From positions 1 to 57,709 of the IMG/VR virus record IMGVR_UViG_3300030107_000393: DNA of 57,709 bases; one strand, written 5' to 3'. Source of the stretch: a virus. Taxonomy: Duplodnaviria > Caudoviricetes. Shown in pieces: positions 27,901 through 37,289 of the stretch. The notes below the pieces were generated by a model, which did no database searches, had not been told where the DNA came from, and worked only from the letters and a program-made list of their open reading frames with translations. Made by a program: the position numbers and the translations under genes. Position 1 is the stretch's first letter, and every line of letters starts with the position of its first letter.

Positions 27901-30900
27901 CATACTCAGGTTTTAATGTGCTTGTAAAAGAGCCTTCGTCTAATTTATCTACGTTTAATTTACCACTTTCATCGTAGTATTTTGACATCTTTTCTAAAAA
28001 TTCAAGCCTATCTCTAGGTGTAAGAATGTTGTCAAAAGCCCAATGTGCTACTTCATGTAAAAGTTTTACATTCATTGGAGTTGCAAGACCAGACATTACG
28101 TCTTGTTTTGGCAGTATATTTACACCAGGTAGATTGTCAGTTGTAACATTTTCAGTTGAATAAAAGTTTGCTCTCATAGGAACACTAGAGCTTGACATTC
28201 TAGGACCTAATTCTGGATTACCACCCAGACGTTCAATGAAACGTCTAGCTGCAGCTATCTCTTCTGCGTCATAGCCATGAAATATTTTATCTAAATTGTT
28301 AAGTGTTTTTTGTCTGCTTGCTGTTGAGTCTATAAATCCTTCTGGTGGAAGCACTCTACTTTCCATATCCATAAGACCTTTATAAACTCTTATAACTTCT
28401 CTATGACCTTTAATTGTTTTAGACCATTTTGCTCCTTGAGTTGTAAAAAGTATTACATCTTTTATATCTTTATAACTAAGTTGAATATTTGCGCCACCTT
28501 TTGGAATTGTTGGTAGTTCAAATAATGGAGCATTGCCACTCATCGGAACTAAATCTTTTGCTATTCTATTATATGCTTCAAGTATTTCTACATCTTCTGG
28601 AGTAAGTGTTAGCCTTAATTCCAAAGCATCTTTAAGGTCTATAGGTTCTCCTACACCTGTAGCACCACCTGCTTCAACTCTACTGCCAGCAGACGGAGTG
28701 CCTTGTTCGTCTGGCAAGCTTTCGAATAATTCTCTTAACCTGCTTCCATATACTTTTGTATCAGCAGGAGCATACTTAACAGTCCAGTTGCTTGGGTCTG
28801 AGGCATCTCCACCCTTTTGACCAATGATTGCTTCAATACCTTTGCCGTCTGCAACTTGTTTTTTAGAAATAATCCTGACGTCATCAGGATTATTTTTGTT
28901 TTGTACAATAAGTCTTTTGTCACCTCTAGTTGGAGGAGAGACATCTGCGTCTGGAGTTGCTATTGTATTTTGATTTTGAGGTAAGTCACTAACCTCATTC
29001 TTTTGAATTGCTCGTAAGACATTTAATAATTCTCTTGCATCTCCACTTTCAATAGCTTCATCAAGAGCTTCTTGTGCATTTAATTTAGGAGGAAGTTTAT
29101 CATTTTTAGGTTGTTTTGTAGACTGACCGATTAGATTGGCTGTGTCTTCTCCGTCTGGAGCATTTAATCCTGTTCTTTTAAAAGCGGCTTCTTTGTTTAA
29201 GAATACTTTTCTTGTATATCCGTCTGCATATAACTTAGCACCTATTGGAGCTTTTACTTCTTTGCCAGTTTCATCTATTGCAGTTGTTCTTTGGTTTGCA
29301 TAAAAAGCTACAAGTCTGTTTGGCGAGTCTCTTCTTGCTTCTTTAGATTTAAGGTAAGCAGTTTCTCTATCACCATACTTTACATTATCTGCGTAGCCAG
29401 GTCTTCTGCCAATGGTGTCGCCTTTTTTAAGTATGCCTTGTATTTTGCCAGACTCTTCTCTGCCTGCTCCTACTCTTTGTCCTGCTCTTTCTATTGACTC
29501 GCCAGTAGTTCTTGCTTTGCCTTGTTTGTTAGCTCTTTGATTAAGAAAGGCAGTTCTTGCTTTTGCTATAGTTACGCCTTTGATTCTGAGCTTTGAGTCT
29601 TCTGGAGATTTAGCTTCTTGATTTCTAAACCTTTGTAAAATCTTTTTATATTGTCTGAACTCATCATCATCTAATTGATTGTCTAATCTCCATGTAGCAT
29701 CGTCAGATAACTTTAATGTGTCTTCGAAAGGTATATCATCATCAATCTTTATTGTATTCTTTTGCAAACCTTTTTCTGATTCAAAGGTTCTAGCCAAAGA
29801 TGCTCTTACGTTCTCGTCTACAGGCGAACCTGTAGCTCTTGTAAGTTCTTCTACAAGACTATTAAACTCTGTCTGCTCTGTGCTTTCTACATCAGGCTGT
29901 TCTTTTTTTGTTTTTCTTTTTCTGTAATTGACAACATTCTGCGCTCTTTTCATAGAGACTGTTGTCTCACCTTTTTTAACAGTTACTTCTTGTGGGTCTA
30001 TACCATTTGCTCTTAGATAGTCTGCGACCTCTTGTTCCATAGGAAGAGCAGCATCTGCTTCTTCTGCTTCAGAAATAACTTCGTCTGCTATTGTATCAGC
30101 ATTCGTCTGCGGCTGTGCCTGTTGTCCCTGTGCGTCTCCCTGTTGTCCCTGTAATTCTACGTCTCCTCGTGGTCTGCCTGCCTGACCAGTTGGCGTTACA
30201 GGAATAACATCGTCTGATACTAATTGCTCAACTTTCTTACCATAAGGATTTTCTCTTAGATATGCGAGTATTTGGTCAAGGTCGCCATCAAAGTCAGAAC
30301 CATCTTCGTTTCTAATATTGTCTACTATTCTGTCTCTTTCATTAAGCCAAGCACGATATTCTCTTGCTTTTTGTACGCCTCTAGGACCTTTAGCTTCTAA
30401 TTTTGATATTAATTCTTCTGTCTTAGGTTTAATAACTGCGTCATGCTGTTTAACTTCTTGTAATAAAATTAAGAATGTTTCTTCTTCGTCAGCTTCTGCA
30501 CCACTTGATTTAATGTTTTTAATTTTTTCTTGTTGTCTTTGAATCAGTTGGTCAATAGTTATCGGAGTTGGTACTGTTTCTTCTGCTGTTTCTGTAACAA
30601 CTTCGTCTGCCTGTTGTGGTGCGCCTAGTATGCCAGATACTTCTTGGTATCCTTTTAATGATTCTTCTGGTAAAGCGGCTATCTGTTCTCTTGTTAATCC
30701 TTTAGCCATTAAGTCACTGACTACGTTTCTGCCAGCACCTAATCCTGCCAATGCAGACGGAATACCTAATGCTCCACCTGCTACACCACCTATTGTAGCT
30801 CCTAATCCTGTAGCCAATCCAAGCTCGCCTTTACTAAATTCGTCTCTTAGACCAAGTTGTATATCTCTTGCCTGTTGGGACGCATTTACGATACCTTCTT

Positions 30901-31453
30901 GTGCGCCTGATATACCACCTTCATAAAGTGCGGCTTTTCCTGTACCACGTGCAACTGCTCCTAATGCAGTTTTGCCACCGATAAATGCGCCTTTTGCTGT
31001 ATTATATGCGGCTCCTACTGGTATTAGGTTGAGAGGGTCTGCTACTAATGCGCCTGCAATATCTGGGAGTGCTGTCGCAGCCCCTCTACCACCTTCCTGC
31101 CAGAACATAGGTAGTTGTTTCCAGACGGACTCAATCCTCTTTGCACGTTCTCTGGATTCAGTCCCCATTCCCCAAGGTTCAAATGCACCACCTATAGCAG
31201 AAACTGTATTAAGTTCTCTCCAAGTTGAGTCGCCATAGAAGGCATCTATAAGAACATCGTCTGTCCAATGTATAGGTCTGCCTTCTTTTTCTTCGTAGTA
31301 ATCTCTAAGGTCTTGAAGAAAGCGTGGGTCTTTAAGTATCTTCTGTGGATTTATATTTGAAGTATAGTCTGATTGTTCAGTTGAAACTGTAACATTATCA
31401 AGACTAAAATCTATGTTGTTAAAATAAGGTTGATTAAAAAATTTTTCTGCCAT
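21908..31453 (-). CDS. Giant (3181 aa) internal virion/ejection polyvalent protein with zincin-like and ADP-ribosyltransferase-like domains
   Basis: Gly/Ala hydrophobic N-region; LLHEVAH...EFFAN; FYHGT...GRGIYLT...LRNPLD...GHDGL...VLFKPNQVK; position after other ejection genes. Confidence 0.8.
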   Translation of the reverse strand: MAEKFFNQPYFNNIDFSLDNVTVSTEQSDYTSNINPQKILKDPRFLQDLRDYYEEKEGRPIHWTDDVLIDAFYGDSTWRELNTVSAIGGAFEPWGMGTESRERAKRIESVWKQLPMFWQEGGRGAATALPDIAGALVADPLNLIPVGAAYNTAKGAFIGGKTALGAVARGTGKAALYEGGISGAQEGIVNASQQARDIQLGLRDEFSKGELGLATGLGATIGGVAGGALGIPSALAGLGAGRNVVSDLMAKGLTREQIAALPEESLKGYQEVSGILGAPQQADEVVTETAEETVPTPITIDQLIQRQQEKIKNIKSSGAEADEEETFLILLQEVKQHDAVIKPKTEELISKLEAKGPRGVQKAREYRAWLNERDRIVDNIRNEDGSDFDGDLDQILAYLRENPYGKKVEQLVSDDVIPVTPTGQAGRPRGDVELQGQQGDAQGQQAQPQTNADTIADEVISEAEEADAALPMEQEVADYLRANGIDPQEVTVKKGETTVSMKRAQNVVNYRKRKTKKEQPDVESTEQTEFNSLVEELTRATGSPVDENVRASLARTFESEKGLQKNTIKIDDDIPFEDTLKLSDDATWRLDNQLDDDEFRQYKKILQRFRNQEAKSPEDSKLRIKGVTIAKARTAFLNQRANKQGKARTTGESIERAGQRVGAGREESGKIQGILKKGDTIGRRPGYADNVKYGDRETAYLKSKEARRDSPNRLVAFYANQRTTAIDETGKEVKAPIGAKLYADGYTRKVFLNKEAAFKRTGLNAPDGEDTANLIGQSTKQPKNDKLPPKLNAQEALDEAIESGDARELLNVLRAIQKNEVSDLPQNQNTIATPDADVSPPTRGDKRLIVQNKNNPDDVRIISKKQVADGKGIEAIIGQKGGDASDPSNWTVKYAPADTKVYGSRLRELFESLPDEQGTPSAGSRVEAGGATGVGEPIDLKDALELRLTLTPEDVEILEAYNRIAKDLVPMSGNAPLFELPTIPKGGANIQLSYKDIKDVILFTTQGAKWSKTIKGHREVIRVYKGLMDMESRVLPPEGFIDSTASRQKTLNNLDKIFHGYDAEEIAAARRFIERLGGNPELGPRMSSSSVPMRANFYSTENVTTDNLPGVNILPKQDVMSGLATPMNVKLLHEVAHWAFDNILTPRDRLEFLEKMSKYYDESGKLNVDKLDEGSFTSTLKPEYEEGKTASFANSLDAPGEFFANQFAAWAGRNDKKLVIKDETFWQKALGYIKGTFDRFFYKTPIDPELEPFFLKILPNKEEIGKRSLGTHSPKTTAGKAALEKHTQLSQVLHRLQEMTEIYPLGTTNPETFVSMFTEDMWLLANMVYNKQKSGAFKMLSPYSRRLIKERLKDVNEIFKNANTKGEDINWVELANEIGNPTEAGNAGVSIIDPAKMEIVAEHLTELFHHGYQGPNFKGGDRFAVRDADGNVTGYNYGNIKDLERTSMSRMFDFALDSLERNFAKVEDTNKVMSSTHTEAPDAVVSKKKSERGAGKKSNSTKRILNKEATDFENDIETAKKDFKDKKTRRKESKVNTGNAGEIATKSLSVLQKMLREHAGTEYGRQISEQIIKKLKTSTMPEKSFGTTIPRKYVEMSKFELEAIMNDANAKGMTKERDFAVRELQRRMDKRKAKKQGMDTSKHVGMIGRSKKLDNKIKIEINDSNGIQTSNGIPANARPMVKDILSRVTHRDPEKELASRTIIYRLLNVLGKVSRKGTFANPILSRDIAKIIGRDYLARGTEEFSDFQGGDFSILRTFARGIGQELNSVPGDETVRYLSGMALRASMTRQELDVITFAFNQLSPKQQQKIMDTYKKGGGTSIISEGAPDELVHEYAMVDWLAGNFQKIFSSADERHLMNFADEMLTGVSSKLDQRYTEGDVFGTLSEIYHRNMEEVAYIMNGLVKDDDFKKSYFGLTRLYGDMFVRNRRGGVQFPIQDQDVFHSSHAADAGKSAWKNATPEERIKIVDYTKNGVGHNTGTGEPVIFYHGTPNKKALDGSDVGTVMNLSSSNSLYGRGIYLTRNPVVAEESYARKQTKESLNFQIQKLPITDEGKDELEDVAYELAQIRGKISLLKRQNAKFTDADENGNATEIQTFIERVIVEDQLRELTALEKGKVDILEKSGITLEPYVMPSYIQLRNPLDFRENTRYAVDDKIIPTISEGIYVKLKEAGETDADILDAFVAMEEEFYGLEFITGVELYESFGRLMNKFSSTKAEARDALTDVFEELGHDGLTVSHTNTITDVDDIKIGNAVYHEGVVLFKPNQVKHVRAKNFDGTSGVVFNIELGGGVPEGTNGSIIMAAIDEPNLKVDDIPTGKFGELLEVDGKSRTFTGVASSMIKKRPHNEAEVEVIRNSSAPTWFQSQSDRLNKIGARWLGNWYKNHFTEISEKFAGKFMPINNLMRDLPDSDGSLRRWFRKSTGSVMQSQPESYGKIVRALRRDTKSRQYQALNPQEKAVVDKIRETFDAERRALKASGFHVGYRKNYLPQVWNQNAIRKNKDEFIQGMHEYYVREQASIGKTPADGEAQKFAEQIYLRLTEDAAEDGVFLPHKDIRGLSKNPGNDSVDFSRVLNIGDYPESLNAMEKFLENDLDAILVKYLEGSTRRLVHSDKMGVNTHAVSDYLLTANQGADGIVKLLSSSKVFKKNVRGMNAEGTIVESVLTDTIRMPFEGNEFGAKQFADELIRVHAQSGSSAARKMLYDLYPKMSVTYKRRADAIVGALDDFKGQTGSIAYESEKFIDNAMRVAMKKPLSGSKSLMEASKLIRTVNNVTLLGFTTLTSLGDIVLPIIRSGSFSSWASGVGKWATDPDYRRMLNNIGVAMENIVHERMVHMYGAPDNKLSHAFFSATLLTPWTDMQRKIAGATGLEALKAMQQQATRHHKVGVPYSQQTGKYKTAHRFLVRYGLEDYLPKKNKADTSLTDEDVLNDDRVRMAIIKFADESIFQPNPNDVPLWAQTPIGQLVFQLKSFPLMMSRMGGYVLQEANQGNLKPLISMALLGPTFGMATLSVKDIVQSRGGEDGTSPELRKRNIAKALGYDSKTHGEDYNDFLGWYLEGMMIMGGFGLLGDVMHSVTSQMDNGAYGQNRIWSSLLGPSYGLGNAAITGAAGIQDAIVGGDNSNAKERSAWRELATRIPILGGMRNVREGIVDTMAGEQGKKGSAQTGWGDAKWVSKGQKSGWGA

Positions 31454-31490
31454 TTGGTACTCCAGTATCCGTTATGGGTTTAATATTTTA

Positions 31491-33905
31491 TTAAGGGTTT
31501 AATAATTTTGAATCCAATATACTTGGTATACTTCCTATATCCTTTTCCATAAATTTAACAGGGTTATCTAAAAATTCTTTCATGTTTCTTTCATCTTGAG
31601 CAAGTCTTATAAGGTTATTTTTATCTTTTAAATATTCATCTATCTGCCCTAATATATTAATATCTATATTTGGATTTATAAAACCCTGATAACCACCTGC
31701 ATCTCCTCCACTCATACCTCCACCTAATCCAAATCCAAAGACAGGATAGTAGTTTGTATGAGATGTATAGCCTTGTTCTTTAAGTGTTTTATAAAAACTT
31801 TGCGCTCTATCATTTATTAATTTTACTACTTCTGCTTTAGCATTGTCTGCTGAGAAGCCTTGGTTATTTCCTATTTTATCTATAATAGATTGTACTGTAT
31901 TATCAAACTGTACAGTGTTCTGAGGTAATGGGCTAAAGTTAGTAACATTAGGATTGCCTTTTAACTCTTTAACTTGCTCTCTTAATATTGCCATTTTATC
32001 ATATAAACTTTGACCAAGTGCATTAGCCTTGTTCCAATCCCAAATATCTGGCTGTCCGTCTTTTACCCAAATTGTTTGATTTTTCCCTGCTGTATTTATA
32101 GCATTTGTAATCTCTGATTGAGTTTGGTTTATTTGATTATTTATTGCGTTTAGTTTTGCAAGAGTGGTTTCATCTACTTGATTGTTGTTAATTATGTTTT
32201 CAAGTTCTGAAATGTTATTTGTTATAGAGTCAAATGCAAAATCAAAAGATTGACTAAAGCCATTTTCCCATTCACTATATTTTTGAATTTTAGGTATGCT
32301 TCCTATAAGAGAATTTTCAACAGCTTTAGTTCTTTGGTCCCATCTAATTAAATTAGTTCCTAAAACACTTGTAAAATATGATTCAAGTTCAGCAACACTC
32401 GGTGGAACATTCTGAGGAGTGTATGCTTTTATTGCTTGTGCAAGAACATTCATAGTAGTTCTGTCCATATAATAAGTATCAGCCATGTTTTCTATTGCAA
32501 GCACCATATTGCCACCTGCTAAAGTACCATCTTCCATCTTTGTATTGATGTACTTACCCATTTTTTCACCAAAATATGCGTTTGGTAATGCTTTACTGGT
32601 TTTCTTTTCTTCTGCAATTTTGTTAATCACAGACTGTGATTGTTTTGCTTCAAACTGTGCATAATTATTTTGTTGGTTTTCAGCCATAGCACCTATTGTT
32701 TCACCTAGCACTGTCTTAATTTCTGCTAATATTTGACCTTTATATCTTTCTGATGTTCCTTCGCCAAATACTTCGTTTAAATAATCGTCATCATATTGTC
32801 TTGCTAGAATTTCTTCTGCAAGTTTTACTAATCCTGCTTCGCCAGCTTGTTTAAAAGCTTTGTAAGCAACAGTACCTTCAGTTTGTATATTAGTAAGGAC
32901 TTGAGCTTTTATAGCGTTTGCTATAGTTTGTAACTCATTTTTATCTCTTTTCTTTTTTTCTTTGCTTTCTGATTCCCAAACAGAAAGTAGCTTGCTGTAA
33001 TTGCCCTCTACTAATATAGCTATCTTATCGTCACTCAAAGGTAATTTTCTGTCTTTTGCCTGTTGTACTAAATAATCTTTTGCTTCTTTTTTTATTTGTT
33101 CGCCTGTCTTTGTTCCAGAAATCCAATCTTGTTGGTATTTTTGCATGAAGTCATTTACAATCTGTGACTGATTAGATAAAAATGAGTCTGACTCTTCTAT
33201 CATTTTCATATTATAATCAGCATTAACTGTTTCAAAAGTTTCTTTTATTTTCCATTTAGGAATAAAAGTTTGATTGCTTATTAAAGCTACTTCATTGTCA
33301 GATAATTTTAGTTCTTCACCTAAGTTTCTTTTTGCTTTTAATTTATCAAGAATTAAAGACTGAACTTCTGGCATATTTTTTGTAAATATATCGTCTCTTG
33401 CCTTAGTTGCATTTTCTATTGAAAAAACATTTGCAATAGTTTTTGTCATATCCATGTCTAAGTCTGTTCCTAGATTTTCTTTTAGATTGTTTAAAAATTC
33501 ATTTTCTAAACCATTTAAAAAACTACCTTGTAATTCTTTTGATGCACCTAAAAATTGTTGCGATTGCATTTTTTGTGTTAAAAAATTCATTGCTTTTTTA
33601 CGCAAGTCTTCTTGAATTTCTGCTCTTTTACTATAATTACTAAAATTTGTTTCAAGGTCTTTTTGTTTCTTTGCATCTAAATTTGATTGTGCAATTCTAC
33701 CAAGAACTTCTGTAGACGGAAGTCCTGCCTTTAAAAAGTTTCTGCCACCACTTAATATGTTTATCTGGTCTTGCATGTCTTGTAACGTAGCAAAAGGGTT
33801 GTCTTTCCTAAACTGTGCAAAAGTATCTGCTATGTCTTTTCTTGTTGCTCTGTCGTCTTCCATAGATTTACGGAAGCCACCTGCCATTGCACTAAAGTCT
33901 ACCAT
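31491..33905 (-). CDS. Probable internal virion protein (804 aa)
   Basis: Helical, Q/N/K-rich; podovirus ejection-protein position. Confidence 0.6.
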   Translation of the reverse strand: MVDFSAMAGGFRKSMEDDRATRKDIADTFAQFRKDNPFATLQDMQDQINILSGGRNFLKAGLPSTEVLGRIAQSNLDAKKQKDLETNFSNYSKRAEIQEDLRKKAMNFLTQKMQSQQFLGASKELQGSFLNGLENEFLNNLKENLGTDLDMDMTKTIANVFSIENATKARDDIFTKNMPEVQSLILDKLKAKRNLGEELKLSDNEVALISNQTFIPKWKIKETFETVNADYNMKMIEESDSFLSNQSQIVNDFMQKYQQDWISGTKTGEQIKKEAKDYLVQQAKDRKLPLSDDKIAILVEGNYSKLLSVWESESKEKKKRDKNELQTIANAIKAQVLTNIQTEGTVAYKAFKQAGEAGLVKLAEEILARQYDDDYLNEVFGEGTSERYKGQILAEIKTVLGETIGAMAENQQNNYAQFEAKQSQSVINKIAEEKKTSKALPNAYFGEKMGKYINTKMEDGTLAGGNMVLAIENMADTYYMDRTTMNVLAQAIKAYTPQNVPPSVAELESYFTSVLGTNLIRWDQRTKAVENSLIGSIPKIQKYSEWENGFSQSFDFAFDSITNNISELENIINNNQVDETTLAKLNAINNQINQTQSEITNAINTAGKNQTIWVKDGQPDIWDWNKANALGQSLYDKMAILREQVKELKGNPNVTNFSPLPQNTVQFDNTVQSIIDKIGNNQGFSADNAKAEVVKLINDRAQSFYKTLKEQGYTSHTNYYPVFGFGLGGGMSGGDAGGYQGFINPNIDINILGQIDEYLKDKNNLIRLAQDERNMKEFLDNPVKFMEKDIGSIPSILDSKLLNP

Positions 33906-33908
33906 ATA

Positions 33909-35426
33909 TTAACCCCTTCTAAACAAGTCACCAAAAAATTGACCTGCCTTATCCAATCCACTGTATATAAAATCATCAAAACCTTTTCCAAGGTAATCAC
34001 CATCTTTGCCTGTTCTATAGTAAGAATCAGCACCTAATTTTTGTAAGTCCATACCAAAACCAGAACTTGCATTTGCTAAGTTTGTCATAGCGTTTGTATA
34101 ACCAGTTGTTGCGCTACTTAATAAGTTTTGACCAACATTCAATGCGTTGCCCATGTAAGTACTTGCGTTTGGTGTTACAATCGGTGTCGCACCAGTAATA
34201 GCAGACTTAATATTCATTCCTTGGTTTGTTGATAAAGTTGGTAAATTTCTGTATTGTGCTATGCTTGATATAGGGTTCATGCCTCCGTAAATAGCAGAGC
34301 TTACATTTATAGGAGACTGATAGCTTCCTGCTGATAATACGTTTCTATCGTAGACGCCAGAAGGTAAAGAGCTTGCCATATTATAAATGCCAAGACTTGA
34401 TGGCATGTCTCTCATGTTCATCATCTCATTAATACCTGCACCACCTATTCTTGCAGTCTCGTCTAATATTGCACCACGTCTTCTAAGCACAGAATCTAAG
34501 TTTGCGTTGAGTGCTTGGTTCTGACCAGTTATGTATGCCAGTGCATCATCTCCTGCTCTCATTCTTGCACTTTGATATTCGTCTGCAAGTCTTCTTGCTA
34601 TTTCGCCACGAGCATCAGTTGCTGTAGAACTTACATCTACTCCACCTCTTATAAGGTCTGCTTCATTAACAGACGCAACTGCTTCGGCTGCTCTGTCTAT
34701 GTCGCTTTGATATGCCTTTGTTCGTCTAGCTGTCTCTGCGTTTAAATCGCCTTGAGTTATTCTTTGTACTTCTGGGACGTCTCCAAGCTTCGCTGCAGTT
34801 TCGCTTAGAGCAGTTCTTAGACCATCTATGTTGTTCATTATTCTGTCACGGAAAGCCATTTGCTCTGCTTTTTCACCTTCAGCCATAGCTTTAGCTTCTT
34901 GGTATTCTTGCATCTGAAAATCACGCTCTATCTTTCTTAGTTCCTGCGCTTCTAAAAATCTTCTCTTGTCTTCGTCTGCTTCTCCCTGTGCTATACGCTG
35001 TGCTTCTTTTAACTGTTGTATTGCAAACGCTCTTTCTGATTCTGATAACGCTTCGTTTTTAAGAAGTCTTTCCATTCTAAAAGCGGCAAGCTTGGCTGCT
35101 TCTCTGTCTTCTTTTATCTGTCTTTCTATTTGTTCTCGTCTTTCTTCAAGAAGTATTTGTTTGTTTCTCTCTAGCTCGTCTAATTGAAACTGTCGTTCCT
35201 CTTGAGCCATAAGTCTGTTCATTTGTTCTATTTGTCTGAGGTAAGCATTCTCTTCCATGCTTTGACGGAATGCATCTTGAGCCAACCCAAGGTTGGCTCT
35301 TTGTAATCCCATCTGTTCTCGAAACATGTACTCTTGAAGCTGTTGTGCTTCTTTGGCACGTTTGTTTTGTTGCATCATTCCGATGCCTGACATGCCCAAA
35401 CCTATTAGTTGTAAACCGAAGCCCAT
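33909..35426 (-). CDS. Probable internal virion/DNA-injection protein (505 aa)
   Basis: Gly-rich hydrophobic N-terminus then long coiled coil. Confidence 0.6.
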   Translation of the reverse strand: MGFGLQLIGLGMSGIGMMQQNKRAKEAQQLQEYMFREQMGLQRANLGLAQDAFRQSMEENAYLRQIEQMNRLMAQEERQFQLDELERNKQILLEERREQIERQIKEDREAAKLAAFRMERLLKNEALSESERAFAIQQLKEAQRIAQGEADEDKRRFLEAQELRKIERDFQMQEYQEAKAMAEGEKAEQMAFRDRIMNNIDGLRTALSETAAKLGDVPEVQRITQGDLNAETARRTKAYQSDIDRAAEAVASVNEADLIRGGVDVSSTATDARGEIARRLADEYQSARMRAGDDALAYITGQNQALNANLDSVLRRRGAILDETARIGGAGINEMMNMRDMPSSLGIYNMASSLPSGVYDRNVLSAGSYQSPINVSSAIYGGMNPISSIAQYRNLPTLSTNQGMNIKSAITGATPIVTPNASTYMGNALNVGQNLLSSATTGYTNAMTNLANASSGFGMDLQKLGADSYYRTGKDGDYLGKGFDDFIYSGLDKAGQFFGDLFRRG

Positions 35427-35429
35427 AAT

Positions 35430-37289
35430 TTATGCCCTTATAATATTTTGACTAAACGCTGATGATGCAGGTACTCCAGTATTTGTAAACTCATCTTCAT
35501 CATTTAACATTGCTAAATAAGTCTGCAAAGCAACTGGGTCTTGTAATGCAAATTCTGGGAACTGCGCTACACCACCTTCCATCATGGATAATATGTCGTC
35601 TCTCTCCTTTTGTTTTCTAAGCTCCACGTTTCTTTCATCTTGTTCTAATCTGAATTGCTGAGAATCTAATTCTTGGCTAATTGCATCTATTTCATCTAAT
35701 GCTTGCTCTGCATTAAATAAGTCTACTTGGTCTTGCATGGCTGTTAACTCTGCATTAGGGTCTGCTAAATCTGCTGTGCCATAATACTGAGCGTTAAGTA
35801 TTTTATCTCTTAGAGCCTGTGCTTGAGTTTCTATTTCATTTCTTTTGTCACTTAGCTCTGTAAGTTTTTCGTCAACACTTGTAAGACCTAAAGCAATTTG
35901 TGCTTTGATGTCGTCTACTCTACCACCTGTAAACTCTGATAAAGCACCTCTTTGTTCTCTAAGATTTGACTGAACGTCTCTGATGCCTGCTTCGTCTGAC
36001 AGTTCAAGACCTTCTAACGCAGGTCCGAAACCTTCTACATTAGATAGTATGTCGTCTAGTGCCGTCTTTCTTTCTGCTTGTAAGTTTGCCAATGCAGTTT
36101 CACCTTGGTTTAGTGGGTCATCTACATTACTAAAATCAAAATCAAGCTCAGAAGTAAATCCTGCTCTGTCTGTTTTTAAATCTCTTATAGCGTCTGCAAT
36201 CGCATCAAGATTGTTTGCGTTGTAAATGCTACCAGTTTCTGCTGCTGATTCGATGCCTCTTGCTGTATCAAGAAGGTTTGTTTCAAAGTCTGATATTCTT
36301 TGTAACTCAGCATCTCGTTTATCAGATAGCCTGTTTACATCTCTTGATACACCAGTAAGTTCTGCAAGCTCATCGCCAAAGTCGAAGCCTAGTTCACTAG
36401 AAAATCTACCAGATTTTTTTTGTAAGTCTGATATTTCGTCTTGCAGTGCCTGTATCTTGTCAGCGTCTGCTATACCTATGTTGCCTAAACGAGTTGAATA
36501 GTCATCTACATTAGTAAGTATACCTGATTCAAAGTCAGATATTCTATCAAGTTCTGCTTGTCTTTTGTCTCTTAAATCTTGAAGACCTGTTGTTAAAATT
36601 CCTTTTTGAGAATCAAAAGTTCCAAAACCACCTGGTAGCATTTGGTCTAAGATAGATGAACTAAATCCAGTTTTTCTTGCTTCAAGTTGTGCAAGCTCTC
36701 TTTCTAACTGGTTCATTCCTCTTTCGTCTGCAATGCCTAGTTGGTTTAATCCTGTACTTCCTAGTGACAAGTCTCCTAATAATTGGTTTCTAAAATCTTG
36801 AATACGTTTTTCTTCTGCGTCTCTTTGAGATTTCATAGTGCCAAGTTGACTTAATTGATTTGATGCAGAGCCAACTAGCTGATTGTAAAGATTTGTATTT
36901 ACTTTATCTAATGTTGGTATGTCATTAATTGTTACTGTGCCATACTCTGTGTCTATTGTTTTATCAAATATTGGTTTGTCTGTATCGAATAGACCAAGCT
37001 GACCTAATCCAGTTTGATAACCTGTTAAATTTGTTTTATACTGATTGTACAAATTTTCATTAACAGATGTAGTAGGGTCGTCAAAAAAATCTACAAAACT
37101 TGTGTTAGCAAGATTTGACCTCATATCTCCTAAGTTTGTAGAAAATCCAGATAAAGACTCATTATACTTTTTAACTGCTTCGTTATAGGCGTCTGCTTTA
37201 TCTTGATAGTCTTTTGCTGTTTCTTTAGCTATCTCGCCTTTTTCTTTAGAATAATCTGGTGGTGGAGGATTTTTATTACCTTTACCCAT
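35430..37289 (-). CDS. Probable internal virion protein (619 aa)
   Basis: MGKG..PPPPDY N-terminus typical of the gene after a podovirus GNAT; internal helical repeats (FSSELGFDF/FTSELDFDF). Confidence 0.6.
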   Translation of the reverse strand: MGKGNKNPPPPDYSKEKGEIAKETAKDYQDKADAYNEAVKKYNESLSGFSTNLGDMRSNLANTSFVDFFDDPTTSVNENLYNQYKTNLTGYQTGLGQLGLFDTDKPIFDKTIDTEYGTVTINDIPTLDKVNTNLYNQLVGSASNQLSQLGTMKSQRDAEEKRIQDFRNQLLGDLSLGSTGLNQLGIADERGMNQLERELAQLEARKTGFSSSILDQMLPGGFGTFDSQKGILTTGLQDLRDKRQAELDRISDFESGILTNVDDYSTRLGNIGIADADKIQALQDEISDLQKKSGRFSSELGFDFGDELAELTGVSRDVNRLSDKRDAELQRISDFETNLLDTARGIESAAETGSIYNANNLDAIADAIRDLKTDRAGFTSELDFDFSNVDDPLNQGETALANLQAERKTALDDILSNVEGFGPALEGLELSDEAGIRDVQSNLREQRGALSEFTGGRVDDIKAQIALGLTSVDEKLTELSDKRNEIETQAQALRDKILNAQYYGTADLADPNAELTAMQDQVDLFNAEQALDEIDAISQELDSQQFRLEQDERNVELRKQKERDDILSMMEGGVAQFPEFALQDPVALQTYLAMLNDEDEFTNTGVPASSAFSQNIIRA

